64,000 nt of DNA from Ostreococcus lucimarinus. Lineage: Eukaryota. Location: NCBI GenBank assembly GCA_000092065.1, contig CP000593.1. One strand, written 5' to 3'. The first letter of the stretch is position 1. Each line of letters starts with the position of its first letter. The notes under the pieces are model-generated. The model made no database searches. It had not been told where the DNA came from and saw only the letters and a program-made list of their open reading frames with translations. The translations under genes and the position numbers were made by a program. Of the stretch, positions 19,128 to 29,607 are shown in pieces.

Positions 19128-21569
19128 CTAGGACGGTGGCGCGCGACGGCGCCAGCGAATTAAGACGGAGTCGAACATGGGCCAGTTGGCGCACGGAAGC
19201 GTCTCGTCGCGGTCGAAGGCGGCTTCGAGCTCGCGTTGGAATTCTCGGGAAAAACTCATGCCCGTGGCGGTGGTTCCGGGGGCGTAATCGCCAAATGTGT
19301 GATCTCGCCATTCGCCAATCGTGATGATGGTGTCGCCGGTGTAGTTGTCGAGCGTGGCGGTGGCGTAGTCGCCTTCGCCCGCGATGTCGATCCAGGAGAG
19401 CAGGAGCGCTCTGTCGGCGTGCTTGGCCGCACTTTCGGGACCGCCTTTACGTATTCCGTCGAACCAATTCACTTCGGTGAGCTTCGAGGCGCCAATTTTC
19501 GCAGCGCCGCCGTCTTGGTACTCTTCGTCGAACGTCGGCGTGTCGTACGCGATGATATCGACGCCTCGCTCGGCAAGCCGACGAGCCCACAATCCGCCGC
19601 CGGCGCCAACTTCGACGAGCGGCGCGCACTCGGCCAAGAAATCGAGCGCGATCGACGTGGGGACGCTGCAAGCGTGGCGACGCTTGAGCGCCGCGGCCTC
19701 GGCGCCAATGGAGTTAAGATCGGTGATATCTAAGATACCGCACGTCGCCCACTGCGAGAGCAACCACGCGCCCCACTGCTTAACCTTGCACGTGTACACA
19801 CCCGGAAGGAGCATCTCGCCCTCTTTACCGTTGTGCGGGTGCTCCTCTCCGGCGCTGCCATCTATCTCCAAGTCTGCCATGCGTTCAAGGTCGGCATACG
19901 CGGATGCATCGCACGTGGGTATGGTGTCAAACGGCCACGTCTGCGCGTTCGTCGCCGCGCGATTCGCGACGTCATCTTCGGTGTGACCCATCAACCACAG
20001 GTACGCCAAGTTGATCGTCTGTATGTGCGCCGCGACAGGCAGCGCGTCCTCGATCTGTCGAGCATAACGAGCAACTGTTGGGAGCATGGCTTCCACTTTA
20101 GGCCGGCGCTTTCGGAGCTCATGTAACCAACGACAGCCATGACTTTTGCACGTGACGCACTTTGGATCTTCGCACAAGCCCTCTTTCCGCGTCACCGCGG
20201 TGCGCGTCACATCGCGAACAACGGCGTCTAATCTCACCGATGACTCCGCAAATGCTTTTGTCGCGATTCTCCGTTCACCAGAACGCACGAGAAGAGCTAA
20301 ACGTCGCTTGTAAGGCACGTCCGCGAACGGTTTTGCCAATTCGGTGGCGTCGCTCTCGGCGTCGCCGACGGTGAAGCCTTCGCACACGTCTTGGAAGATC
20401 AGCTTGAGCGACGCCAACGCGGCCATTTCGTTCGCCTTGGATATGTACGTGTTGCCGGTTTTGTCGTTTGCACTAGCCATGATCGCCTTGCGCACCTCTG
20501 GATCCGCTAACTCCTCGTCGCCGAGCTGCTGCACGCGCGCCATCATGCGCAGCGGCGGCGGCAACGGCTCGCGCTCGGGCACGGTGTGCTTGACGATGAA
20601 CTCCGCGGTCGATTCTTCTACTTCTAATTCTTCCGCACTGGGCGTATACAGTTGCTGGTACAGCATGGGCAAATACGGTTCGGCGTAATCGCCGCTCTCG
20701 CGCCACCGAGCGTCGATGTCTTGCAGATACGCCACCGCGCTCGCTCGAAGCGCGGTCTCCAACACCGTCTTTCTGAGCTTATCGACCGTAATCGTGAGGG
20801 TCACGTCTAACTCCTCGTAAGGGTTGTCATCGATGCAAAACCCATACCACGTCAAAAGCTTTGAATTCGCCGCCTCACCACTGCCGTAGGAAATAAACGC
20901 TTGCTCGCCCGCCTTGTAGTCGTCCGCGGCGTACACCGTGACGCAGTTCTTCTCCGCGTTAAGCTTGTGCGTCTTCCCCAACGGCGCCTTCGCGCTGTGA
21001 TTAAAAATATCAAACGTCGGCACCATCGCCCGAGTCCGCTTCCCGTCCGGCATCAACAAATCGCACTGCCTCGACCATAAATTCGACCTCGCCCACGCGT
21101 ATCGCTCGTAATCGACCTCGTGTTCGCGCATCCACCCCCCCTCCCCGATCGCCTCCATTTTTTTCGTCAGCGTCTCGTAATCATTTTTCGTCTCCTCCCT
21201 CAGATTCATCGTCTCCCTCAGGCACGTCGTTCCCGTCAGCTCTCGCAGCTCTTCCTCGCTCCAGAAGAACGCCGTGTCGAAGCTTCGCGGCAGCGTCGCC
21301 ACGTGCGCCGCGCGCGTCGCCTTTTCACCCCTGAACCGCTCCGCGCACACGTGCAGCGCGACGACATCGTCGTGTCGCGCGCAGCACGACGCGACGCGCT
21401 TCACCGCGTCGTCCTCCAGCGCCGCCGCGAGCGTGAACCCGCGCTCGAGCGGAATCTCCAGCAGCACCTCCCCTCGCGCGCAATCGCGCAGCGCGCGCTG
21501 CCCGCGCCCGGTGTCCGCGAAATCGTGCGCCTCGACGCGTCGCGCGAGCGTCGCGTCGTCGCGCGCCAT
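19128..21569 (-). CDS. SET-domain methyltransferase (Rubisco-LSMT/SETD3-like) fused to a C-terminal class I (Rossmann) SAM-dependent methyltransferase domain
   Basis: N-terminal GRGQRALRDCARGEVLLEIPLERGFTL. SET core FDIFNHS...NCVTVYAADDYKAGEQAFISYG. An LSMT-like substrate-binding region follows. The C-terminal 270 aa hold VEVGAGGGLWARRLAERGVDIIAYD (motif I GxGxG) and ALLLSWID. The chosen start is ATG 21567-21569 (MARDDATLARR). The 285 codons listed upstream are R-rich artefact. Confidence 0.65.
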   Translation of the reverse strand: MARDDATLARRVEAHDFADTGRGQRALRDCARGEVLLEIPLERGFTLAAALEDDAVKRVASCCARHDDVVALHVCAERFRGEKATRAAHVATLPRSFDTAFFWSEEELRELTGTTCLRETMNLREETKNDYETLTKKMEAIGEGGWMREHEVDYERYAWARSNLWSRQCDLLMPDGKRTRAMVPTFDIFNHSAKAPLGKTHKLNAEKNCVTVYAADDYKAGEQAFISYGSGEAANSKLLTWYGFCIDDNPYEELDVTLTITVDKLRKTVLETALRASAVAYLQDIDARWRESGDYAEPYLPMLYQQLYTPSAEELEVEESTAEFIVKHTVPEREPLPPPLRMMARVQQLGDEELADPEVRKAIMASANDKTGNTYISKANEMAALASLKLIFQDVCEGFTVGDAESDATELAKPFADVPYKRRLALLVRSGERRIATKAFAESSVRLDAVVRDVTRTAVTRKEGLCEDPKCVTCKSHGCRWLHELRKRRPKVEAMLPTVARYARQIEDALPVAAHIQTINLAYLWLMGHTEDDVANRAATNAQTWPFDTIPTCDASAYADLERMADLEIDGSAGEEHPHNGKEGEMLLPGVYTCKVKQWGAWLLSQWATCGILDITDLNSIGAEAAALKRRHACSVPTSIALDFLAECAPLVEVGAGGGLWARRLAERGVDIIAYDTPTFDEEYQDGGAAKIGASKLTEVNWFDGIRKGGPESAAKHADRALLLSWIDIAGEGDYATATLDNYTGDTIITIGEWRDHTFGDYAPGTTATGMSFSREFQRELEAAFDRDETLPCANWPMFDSVLIRWRRRAPPS

Positions 21570-21635
21570 GTCGCGCGTCGCGAATCCGCGTCGACGCGCC
21601 GTCGCGGAGTGACGCGCGAGAGACGACGGCACTGC

Positions 21636-22529
21636 ATGGCGCCGCCGCGCGTCGCGCGCGTCGACGTCGCGCGAACGAGCGTCGCGCCGCGACGCGCGCG
21701 ACCGTCGCGCGCGTCGACGATGCGCGCGACCGCGCGCGCGACGGCGACGGCGCTGGCGCACGCGGACGCGGACGCGGGCGGGACGTACGCGTTCGAGCGC
21801 GAGACGACGGTGACGCGCGTCGCGACGCGCGACGACGGCGGACACGAGATGACGCTGGCGTCCACGATCGCGCACCCGGCCGGAGGCGGGCAACCGAGCG
21901 ACTCGGGACGGGTCGTCGGCGCGAACGGGCGAGCGTGGGCGTTCGACGCGGCGACGCGGCGGCGCGAGACGGGCGAGGTGGCGCACGCGGGAAGGACGAA
22001 GCCGCCGTTCGAGGTCGGCGATGCGTGCCGAGTGACGATCGACGGCGCGAAGCGCGTGCTGCACGCGAGGATACACTCCGCGGGACACGCGCTGGACGTG
22101 GCGATGATTCGCGCGGGGTTGCCGCCGACGACGCTGACGCCGACGAAGGGGGTCCACGAACCGGCGCTGGCGTACGTGGAGTATAAAGGGAAAGTCGACC
22201 CGGAGCACGAGTTGGCGGACGCGAACGCGCTGATGGCGCGATTGAACGCGGAGATGGCGAAGTTGATCGCGGAAGACGGGGCGTCGGCGGCGGCGGAGAT
22301 GACGTACGACGAGGCGAAGGCGGCGTGCGGGGGAGAGCTGCCGGCGTTCATCGCGCCGGATATGACGCCGAGGATCGTGACGATCGTGCCGGATACTCCA
22401 GGGTGTCCTTGTGGGGGGACGCACGTCGCGAGGATGTCGGAGATTCAGGATTTTAAGATGACGGGCGTGCGCGTGAAGAAAGGAGTCACGAGGCTTTCGT
22501 ACGCTATTCCTGGAATGGCGACGTGGTGA
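21636..22529 (+). CDS. AlaX-like alanyl-tRNA editing protein (tRNA_SAD domain)
   Basis: Zinc motifs HSAGHAL (HxxxH) and CPCGGTHV (CxxxH), as in the AlaRS editing domain and AlaX. The start is ATG 21636 or 21720. Divergent from the SET gene, 66 bp between starts. Confidence 0.65.
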   Translation: MAPPRVARVDVARTSVAPRRARPSRASTMRATARATATALAHADADAGGTYAFERETTVTRVATRDDGGHEMTLASTIAHPAGGGQPSDSGRVVGANGRAWAFDAATRRRETGEVAHAGRTKPPFEVGDACRVTIDGAKRVLHARIHSAGHALDVAMIRAGLPPTTLTPTKGVHEPALAYVEYKGKVDPEHELADANALMARLNAEMAKLIAEDGASAAAEMTYDEAKAACGGELPAFIAPDMTPRIVTIVPDTPGCPCGGTHVARMSEIQDFKMTGVRVKKGVTRLSYAIPGMATW

Positions 22530-22583
22530 CGTCGCGCGAGGGAAGAAGGAATTGTAATTTCAAAAGAAAGAATTGTCGTTTAC

Positions 22584-23858
22584 TCACTCTGTGGATTCGA
22601 ACATCGCGCGCAGGGTGTTCTTGGCCGCCAGGCGCTTCTCTTCTTCGGATACGAGTTCGCCGAAGTAATCCAAGCGCTCCGCGTGCGAGTCCATCTGGAC
22701 CAGATATTGGAACGGGTAGATGGCTGAGTTCAACAGCTCGACGCGTTCTTCGCCGTATTGTTCGTTCATGCGCTGAATCTCAGCTCTGATATCGTCCGGA
22801 ATGCTCTCGAAAGATAATTGCAGTTGGCGGCCGTCGGATAAGTCGACGCCCGAGTCTTCGAGAAACTTGCGCAACATTTTCTGAATCCCCGCTTGCAATT
22901 CGTTCTCGCGATGCGTCACGCGGCTTTGCAGCAAGCTTTGCCACAGGTTGACCAAGCGCCAGAATCCCATCTTTCCGCGCTTGGCGCTGATGGGCGCCGC
23001 GAGCTCGACGTCTTTGGTGAATCGAATAGGCTCGTCCACTTTTTCTTGCATGTCGATGAGCGCGCGGAATCGCTCCTCGAGCGCCGTCTCCTTGTTCGTG
23101 AAATCGTCGTCCAAGTCGCAATCTTCGAACTTTTCCGTGACAACCTTCAAGAACGAGCTGCGATCGCCCCACACGCGATCGTTCAGCGACCGCACCACTC
23201 GCACGCGCTCGATGACGGTGTGCGAGCACACGAATTTCACCTGGTCGTTGGTCTGCTCGCTCACCTCCTTCAAATCGTCCAGGTAAAACACCGCCGCGAC
23301 GGACGCGAACTTCCCCGGCTCGTTCGGCGCGCACATCGGCACCACGAATCTCCGCGAGCCGTTGAACAGAATCTCGTTGTACATGCTTCGATACCTCGGT
23401 TCAAAGATATTCAGCACGTGTTCCGTGTCCGGCAGATACACGTGACTCCCGAGCGGAAACATCGGCATCACCAGCTCTCCCTCCGCGAGCGTCGGCGATT
23501 CCTCCGTCTCCCTTCGCACGTCCATCACCGGCATCCACCGCACCTTTCCCGCCCAATCCCTCGGCGCGCTCTCGTCGAACGACCCCGACGCGTCGTCCGC
23601 CTCCTCGTCGTCCTCGTCCTCGTCGTCGCCCCTCGCGCCGCGCGCGAACCCTCGCGCGTCGTTCCATCGCCGCGCGTCCCGCCCGCGACGCTCGCGACGT
23701 CGACCCGGTCCCGCGCGTCGCGCGTCTCGTCCGCGCGGCGCGCAGAGCGTCGTCGCGCGCGCGCCGTTCGCGCGCGCGCTCGACGCGAATCGCGATGACG
23801 TCGTCGGCGCGTGCGTCGCGCACCATCGCGCCGTGTGCAGCGCGCGCGCGGCGAGCAT
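22584..23858 (-). CDS. Lon protease N-terminal (LON substrate-binding/PUA-like) domain protein
   Basis: PMFPLGSHVYLPDTEHVLNIFEPRYRSM matches the Lon N-terminal domain signature (LPLFPL...LHIFEPRY). No ATPase or protease domain. The N-terminus is R/A-rich. Confidence 0.6.
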   Translation of the reverse strand: MLAARALHTARWCATHAPTTSSRFASSARANGARATTLCAPRGRDARRAGPGRRRERRGRDARRWNDARGFARGARGDDEDEDDEEADDASGSFDESAPRDWAGKVRWMPVMDVRRETEESPTLAEGELVMPMFPLGSHVYLPDTEHVLNIFEPRYRSMYNEILFNGSRRFVVPMCAPNEPGKFASVAAVFYLDDLKEVSEQTNDQVKFVCSHTVIERVRVVRSLNDRVWGDRSSFLKVVTEKFEDCDLDDDFTNKETALEERFRALIDMQEKVDEPIRFTKDVELAAPISAKRGKMGFWRLVNLWQSLLQSRVTHRENELQAGIQKMLRKFLEDSGVDLSDGRQLQLSFESIPDDIRAEIQRMNEQYGEERVELLNSAIYPFQYLVQMDSHAERLDYFGELVSEEEKRLAAKNTLRAMFESTE

Positions 23859-24163
23859 GTCGCGGGCGCGGCGTCCGGAGCGCTCGCGCGCTCGCTCGCG
23901 TCCGGAGCGCTCGCTCGCGTCGCGCGCGTCGCGTCGCGCTCTGCCGGCGCCGGTCAGTCGTCGTCGTCGTCGTCGATCGGCATCGCGCGACGCCGCGCGC
24001 GATGGATCTCCGACGCGACGCCCGCGCGGACGGCGCGTTCGCGCGCGAGTTCGCGCGTCGCGCCGTCGGCGCGACGGACGACGCGCGCGCGATGGCGTCG
24101 AGCGCGGCCGCGCACGCGTTCGTTCGCGATCGAATCGCCGCGCGATTGCGCGCGCGCGACGAC

Positions 24164-24165
<2 letters not shown>

Positions 24166-24210
<45 letters not shown>
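24166..24210. repeat. (GAC)15 trinucleotide microsatellite
   Basis: A perfect GAC run. It would encode poly-Thr in the 23795 ORF frame but probably lies in the 5' leader. Similar (GAC/ACG)n runs occur at 4366-4405 (inside the CIPK intron) and 63971-63993. Confidence 0.85.
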
Positions 24211-24211
<1 letters not shown>

Positions 24212-24367
24212 TACGAGCGCGACCCGGTGCGGGCGATCATGCGCGACGCGGGCGCGGAGGATTCGGATTCGGATTCGGATTCGGCGCGCTCGAGCGACGA
24301 CGGCGGACGCGAACGACGCGAGGCGACGGCGACGACGCGCGGCGAGCGGGGCGTCGTCGAGCGGTGG

Positions 24368-27007
24368 ATGGCGAAGAAACGGGACGTGCACGAGAGACAC
24401 AGCGGACGAGGGACGATACAGGTGTCGATGGCGTTTGAGATCATATCGACGAAGGCGAAGGGGAGCGCGGGCGTGGAGGCGCGATTGGCGGAGTTGGAGA
24501 ACACGGCGACGGGCGCGAACGCGCAGACGCACAGGATATCGCAGCAAGAGTACGTGACGCGGTTGCACAGGCTGAACGAGGACATCGCGAACGCGTGGTT
24601 GGCGGAGGATCGGGTGAACGCGCTGAAATTGTGCGTCAAGGTGGCGAAACTGTTGGGCGACACAAAGGTCGGGAAGTTTTATCCAGTGCTGTTCGTGCTG
24701 GTGACGGAGGTGATCGAGACCGTGGGTCGGTTGGTGTACGATCGGATATTGCGGAAATCCGAGGAGTCGACGTCGGAGGGGGGGACGAAGGCGTTGCCGG
24801 AGGACTTTAAGGCGTCGCGCGTGAGAACGGTGGCGAAGAATACGTGCAGAAATTGGTTTTACAAAATCGCCACCATCCGGGACATCGTGCCGCGGATTTA
24901 CATGGAGCTCGCGCTATTTAAGTGCTATAGATTCATTCAAGACGAGCCGCCGACGGTGCAAATACGACGACTGATGAAGATGTCTCGCGGAGTGGCGGAT
25001 CCGCTCGCGGCGGCGTACGTTCGCATGTACATCGCAAAGTGCGCCCTGGCGTACGGCTGCGAGACCGAAGACAGCGCGATGACGTTGGAAATATTGAAAG
25101 AGTTCATGCCGTCCTACGTGAACGTGCTCGACGAGACCGCTGACGAGGACCCAGCGACAGCTTACATTTTCCGGCTCGGCTTGCGCCGAACCGAGTACTC
25201 GGAACTCATGGATCCCGCCATGGAGTGGCTAATCGAGTGTTGCGCGACGAACCCCAACCCGTCGCTGCTGCATAAAGTGCTGTATATGGGCGGTGAAACT
25301 CCGCCAGTGCCGTTCCTTCGCGCCGTGTTTCGCTCCTTGTCGCCGACGGTCGTTCGCGAAAACGCCCTCAAGCTCATCGCGCTCGTGGGCGCGACGTCCA
25401 CGGATGAAGATTCACTCGAGCATAGGGACGCCATGGCTGATTGCTATCGAACCCTCGTCGATAAGTTTGATGTCATCGCGCCAAACGAAGGCGATCGGTT
25501 GGCGATATTAGGCGACGTTTGGCGCGTCGTGCAGAAATGGACTCACGTGGAACCGTATTTGCGCGTCGCCGAGCGGTTTTTGCTCTACGTCATCAAGTAT
25601 CTCGCGCAAGGTGAACTTGAGACGTTGATGAAGGACGTTGCGAGACACGTGCACGCACACTTAGCCCAAGCTAAAGAGCGCGAGCCGACGAAATCGGCCG
25701 AATTACCCGCCGAGGCGATGCGCTGCGTTGAGCGGGCGTTACGCGTCGTCACCGATCAATTTCGCGACGTCGATTACCTCGTCTCCTTGAAGTGGTACGT
25801 GTACCTCGGCGAAATATTAGGCGGTGAAGCCAAGGTGAAATTTAGCGCCGCTCTTCTGAAGTGTGGGTCGAGCGCTGGATCCATCTCGGATCCCATGTGT
25901 TTGCACACCCTGCTAGAAGCCGCGAGAACGGTACACGACGATATCGACGGCATGAGCTCGGAAGAATCGCGCGCCGAAGCTGAAAGCTTGGTCGTGGACT
26001 TCATCAACAACGTCAGCTTTGCCGGTGACTTCGAGGCGCACTTGAACTTCCTTGTCACCGCTCGAAGCGCGTTCGCAAACTTGGACATGGCGCAAGAAAT
26101 TTTAGTATACCACGCGATTTCTCTGATGACGAGTGTGTACGAGCGCGTGGGCGTCGAACACACGAACAAGACGAAAGCCTTCGTCAACGCCTGCACGGCG
26201 TACTGTCAAATCACGATACCCAGTGTGCGTGGAGTCAATGTTCGCCTACAACTGTTCATGCTCACCGCGCAAGCGGCGATCGTGCACGGATTGATTCAGC
26301 AAGTGGATGGTCTGATTCGCAGCGCGGTGACGGATGCGCAAGAGAGCGGCGGCGAAACCGCCGTGGGCGGATGGATCGATCTTCCCACCGATCGCGCCGG
26401 CGCTGAGATGCTAGATTTCGTTCGGCGATGCAGTGCTCTTCTCGTGGTACAGCCAGGGAATTTAGAAAAAGGAGCATTCTTGGTCTTCCGCGGGTTGATG
26501 AAAGTCGTGGAGGATTTCGATTGGGAGCCGTCGAGCGCCGACGAAGTTCGCGCGTACGTCTCGTTGATCCCCATGATCACTGCCATGGCGCAAGAGACGA
26601 TACCCTTTAAAATCGACGGCTTACAGTCCAACGACGTGCTATTCGCCGGAGAGGAGGCGTACGTGGAAGAAGCCACCGAGCTCGCGCACGAACTCATCCA
26701 GCGAGCGACGGATTTAGCCGGCAACGAATCATCGCTCGCAGACGACGACGGCGAGGATGACCAAGCCGAGACCACGCACAAGTCTCGCGCGCGTGAATTC
26801 GCGCGCGTCAACGTCGAGCTCGCGGAGGTGATCGCGATGACGTGCAAACCTTCGCCGGAGATGCTCGCGCTCGCCGCCGGCGTCGTCGATCGAGCGCGAC
26901 GCCTCTTGCCCCCAGACGTCGTCGACCCGGTCGCGGCGTACGTCCACCGACTCCTCGACGACGCGCCGATGGACGTCGACGTCGACGCGCCTCGCGCGCG
27001 CGAGTAG
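24368..27007 (+). CDS. Large conserved alpha-helical (ARM/HEAT-like) protein, function unknown
   Basis: 880 aa of non-repetitive sequence (KIATIRDIVPRIYMELALFKCYRFIQDEPPTVQIRRLMKMSRGVADPLAAAYVRMYIAKCALAYG...). The listed ORF starts at 23795, but the first 190 codons are low complexity, including an (ACG)n poly-Thr run. Start set at ATG 24368 (MAKKRDV). ATG 24239 is an alternative. Confidence 0.45.
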   Translation: MAKKRDVHERHSGRGTIQVSMAFEIISTKAKGSAGVEARLAELENTATGANAQTHRISQQEYVTRLHRLNEDIANAWLAEDRVNALKLCVKVAKLLGDTKVGKFYPVLFVLVTEVIETVGRLVYDRILRKSEESTSEGGTKALPEDFKASRVRTVAKNTCRNWFYKIATIRDIVPRIYMELALFKCYRFIQDEPPTVQIRRLMKMSRGVADPLAAAYVRMYIAKCALAYGCETEDSAMTLEILKEFMPSYVNVLDETADEDPATAYIFRLGLRRTEYSELMDPAMEWLIECCATNPNPSLLHKVLYMGGETPPVPFLRAVFRSLSPTVVRENALKLIALVGATSTDEDSLEHRDAMADCYRTLVDKFDVIAPNEGDRLAILGDVWRVVQKWTHVEPYLRVAERFLLYVIKYLAQGELETLMKDVARHVHAHLAQAKEREPTKSAELPAEAMRCVERALRVVTDQFRDVDYLVSLKWYVYLGEILGGEAKVKFSAALLKCGSSAGSISDPMCLHTLLEAARTVHDDIDGMSSEESRAEAESLVVDFINNVSFAGDFEAHLNFLVTARSAFANLDMAQEILVYHAISLMTSVYERVGVEHTNKTKAFVNACTAYCQITIPSVRGVNVRLQLFMLTAQAAIVHGLIQQVDGLIRSAVTDAQESGGETAVGGWIDLPTDRAGAEMLDFVRRCSALLVVQPGNLEKGAFLVFRGLMKVVEDFDWEPSSADEVRAYVSLIPMITAMAQETIPFKIDGLQSNDVLFAGEEAYVEEATELAHELIQRATDLAGNESSLADDDGEDDQAETTHKSRAREFARVNVELAEVIAMTCKPSPEMLALAAGVVDRARRLLPPDVVDPVAAYVHRLLDDAPMDVDVDAPRARE

Positions 27008-27057
27008 CCCATCGCGTGTATTTATAGTCGTATTCGCCACACGCCGCCTCGCGCGCG

Positions 27058-28140
27058 ATGCGCGTCCTCGTCCTCGTCCTCGCCCTCGTCCTCCCGCGCG
27101 CCGCGCTCGGCCTCGAGTTCGACCCGTCGTCGTGGATGAACGCCACGCGCGATCGCGCGCTCGGCGCGCTCACGCTTCCCGGCTCGCACGACAGCGCGAC
27201 GCAGTACCTGAGTCCAAAGCTCCAACCGGGACGCGCGGGACAGCTTCCGCGCTGGGTCGACGACGCCGTCCGGCTCGCCGAATCGATCGGGGTGCCCGCG
27301 GATCAACTCGTGCGTCGGTGGGCGCGCGCGCAGTCCGCGCGCGTGGGCGCGCAGTTGCGACTGGGGGCGCGGTACGTCGACTTGCGAAGCGGTTGGGACG
27401 GCGACGAGGGCGTCTGGCGTGCGCACCACGCGCTCGAGGGACAGGCGGTGGATGAAATCTTGGAGGAAGTGAAAGTGTTTCTGGTGGAACAACCTTCGGA
27501 GGTGGTGATCGTGGAGTTGAGTCACTTTTACGGCGATCCGAGCGAGAGCGCGGTGGAGCGCTTGGCGACGGCGGCGACGGAAATCTTCGGAGACATGCTC
27601 GCGCCGTATCCAGGAGACGCGCGCGCGGCGCTGTACGACGCGCAGCTCGGGAAAGATTACGTCGACGTCAATCATCGCGCGATCGTCGTGTTCGAGGACG
27701 CGAACGTCGGCAAGAGATTCAAACTGTGGCCCCGCGAGACGCTGACGAATACGTACGCCGATTCCGACGACGCCCGCGCGATGGCCGCCTTCAACCGCGA
27801 CGTCGTCGCGGCCTTCAACGAGAAATCATTCCGCGATGACGCACTCTTAAAGCTCAGCTGGACGCTCACCCCACAAGCGTCGACGGTCGTTCGATCGTTG
27901 AACATCTTTGAGAAGAATCCAAAGTCGCTTCTCGAGCTCGCGTCTTCGCGCGCGAACCCGCCGTTGCGCGATTTCGCCGCCGACGCCGCGCTCCACGCGT
28001 GTTCGCTCGCCCACATCGTCGTCGTCGATGATTTCGACCATTCATCCGTCGTGGATATCGTCTTAGCCTCCAACGTCCACGGCATGTTCCCGAAAGGCGC
28101 GTGCGCGTGGTCCGCCGCCGCGCTCGCCTCCGAGCGCTGA
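27058..28140 (+). CDS. Secreted PI-PLC X-domain protein (PLC-like phosphodiesterase, PLCXD family)
   Basis: Signal peptide MRVLVLVLALVLPRAALG. Catalytic-His motif LTLPGSHDSAT. RYVDLR. TIM-barrel PLC X-box layout. The ATG is only 50 bp after the upstream gene's stop. Confidence 0.7.
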   Translation: MRVLVLVLALVLPRAALGLEFDPSSWMNATRDRALGALTLPGSHDSATQYLSPKLQPGRAGQLPRWVDDAVRLAESIGVPADQLVRRWARAQSARVGAQLRLGARYVDLRSGWDGDEGVWRAHHALEGQAVDEILEEVKVFLVEQPSEVVIVELSHFYGDPSESAVERLATAATEIFGDMLAPYPGDARAALYDAQLGKDYVDVNHRAIVVFEDANVGKRFKLWPRETLTNTYADSDDARAMAAFNRDVVAAFNEKSFRDDALLKLSWTLTPQASTVVRSLNIFEKNPKSLLELASSRANPPLRDFAADAALHACSLAHIVVVDDFDHSSVVDIVLASNVHGMFPKGACAWSAAALASER

Positions 28141-28407
28141 ACGCGCCGAACTTTAGATTGTCGCACCTTCCCCTAGTCACCCAAGCACGAACGATTGACG
28201 AGTTTCAACGCTCATCGATGGACGCATCGAGCGTAGCCCATCGCGATCGACATCACGCATCGACGCGCTAGGCCCGATCGAGCGCGGTTTACTTTGCGCG
28301 GCTCGCGGCTCCGCAATGATTGGTGTTGGGACGTCCCGCGTGACTTCGTGCCTCGGCGCCGCGCCGCGCCTCGCCCGGCGCCGCGCGCGCGGTGAACGAC
28401 GACGACG

Positions 28408-29448
28408 ATGACGACGATGAACGAGTCCACGCCGCTCGTCCGCGCGCGCGCGCTCGACGGCGACGCCGAAGACGCGCAGACGGCTGACCAACACGCCGTC
28501 GATCGCACCGCGCGACGCACGCGCGCGAGCGTGCGCGCGCCCATCACGCTCGCGCTGTCGTGGGTGCTCTTACTCGTCGTCGCGGCGACGTATTATCACA
28601 GCGATGGATTCGACAGCGTGAAGCGAGCGACGCGCACGGTGAAGGGGGTGCGGGTGTTCGACGACGACGGCGATCGCCTGCAGTCGGCGCGAGTGTGCGA
28701 GAGCGCGTTCGCGAACGTCGAGCGCGTCGATGACGCGCACATATCGGTGAACGTGGCGCTGGCGAGCGGATTGGAGCGAATCTACGAACGGACGCGCGAG
28801 GAGGCGACGACGTGCGAGTCGGCGGAGGCGACGCGAGACAAGGTGTTGTGCGTCAACGCGACGGAGGTTTGGCGATGCGCGGAGCGCGCGGGAGTGCTGT
28901 TGCCGAATAAATCGATAAAGGATCGGTATTTAATCGCGACGGTGATCAAACACGCGCAGGAGAGCGATGTGTCGAAGTTTGCGTTCGTGGACGGACGCGC
29001 CGAGGTGGAGGGCGCGCTCGCGCCGACGGATCAACGCGCGTTGGGAGTGTTGATCGATAGCGACAAGTGGAACGCCGTGCGATTGACGTACGACGCGACG
29101 ATCGCGGTGAGCGGTGCGGACGCGGCGGAGGACGCGTGCCCGCACCAGTGTCGGTGCAAATTTTCCGAGGGCAAGCTCTGCGAGCTGCGCTCATCCGAGT
29201 GCCAACTGAACGAAGACTCTTTCTTCGTCCTTCGTCACGACGCCTACGGCGACGTTCTCAAATCCTTACCCCACGCCGTCGACGGTTCGAGCGCGCTCAA
29301 GAACGTCTTCCCTCAGTGGCTCGTCGTGCCGCCGTTCAAGTCAAAGACGACCGCCACGGGCGTCGAAGCCACCAGACCGCCGGCGCTCGGTCTCCCGCTC
29401 TCGTGCGTCGAGAAGGACGACGCCCCGACCAACGCCACGTCCCCGTGA
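28408..29448 (+). CDS. Type II membrane-anchored protein (hypothetical, Cys-containing lumenal domain)
   Basis: N-terminal cytosolic tail, then signal-anchor ITLALSWVLLLVVAATYY. No family recognised. Confidence 0.4.
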   Translation: MTTMNESTPLVRARALDGDAEDAQTADQHAVDRTARRTRASVRAPITLALSWVLLLVVAATYYHSDGFDSVKRATRTVKGVRVFDDDGDRLQSARVCESAFANVERVDDAHISVNVALASGLERIYERTREEATTCESAEATRDKVLCVNATEVWRCAERAGVLLPNKSIKDRYLIATVIKHAQESDVSKFAFVDGRAEVEGALAPTDQRALGVLIDSDKWNAVRLTYDATIAVSGADAAEDACPHQCRCKFSEGKLCELRSSECQLNEDSFFVLRHDAYGDVLKSLPHAVDGSSALKNVFPQWLVVPPFKSKTTATGVEATRPPALGLPLSCVEKDDAPTNATSP

Positions 29449-29607
29449 TCCACCCATCGCGTGTTGACATCGTTTTGTTTAGCTCACACCGTGTATCATA
29501 CCTTCGACCGCACTTCTCCGCCCGCCGTCTCTCCGCGAGTCCCGAGCGCCGTCCCGGTCGACGCGCCGTCCCAACACTAAAAATCTGTGCCCGCACACGC
29601 CGGCGTC

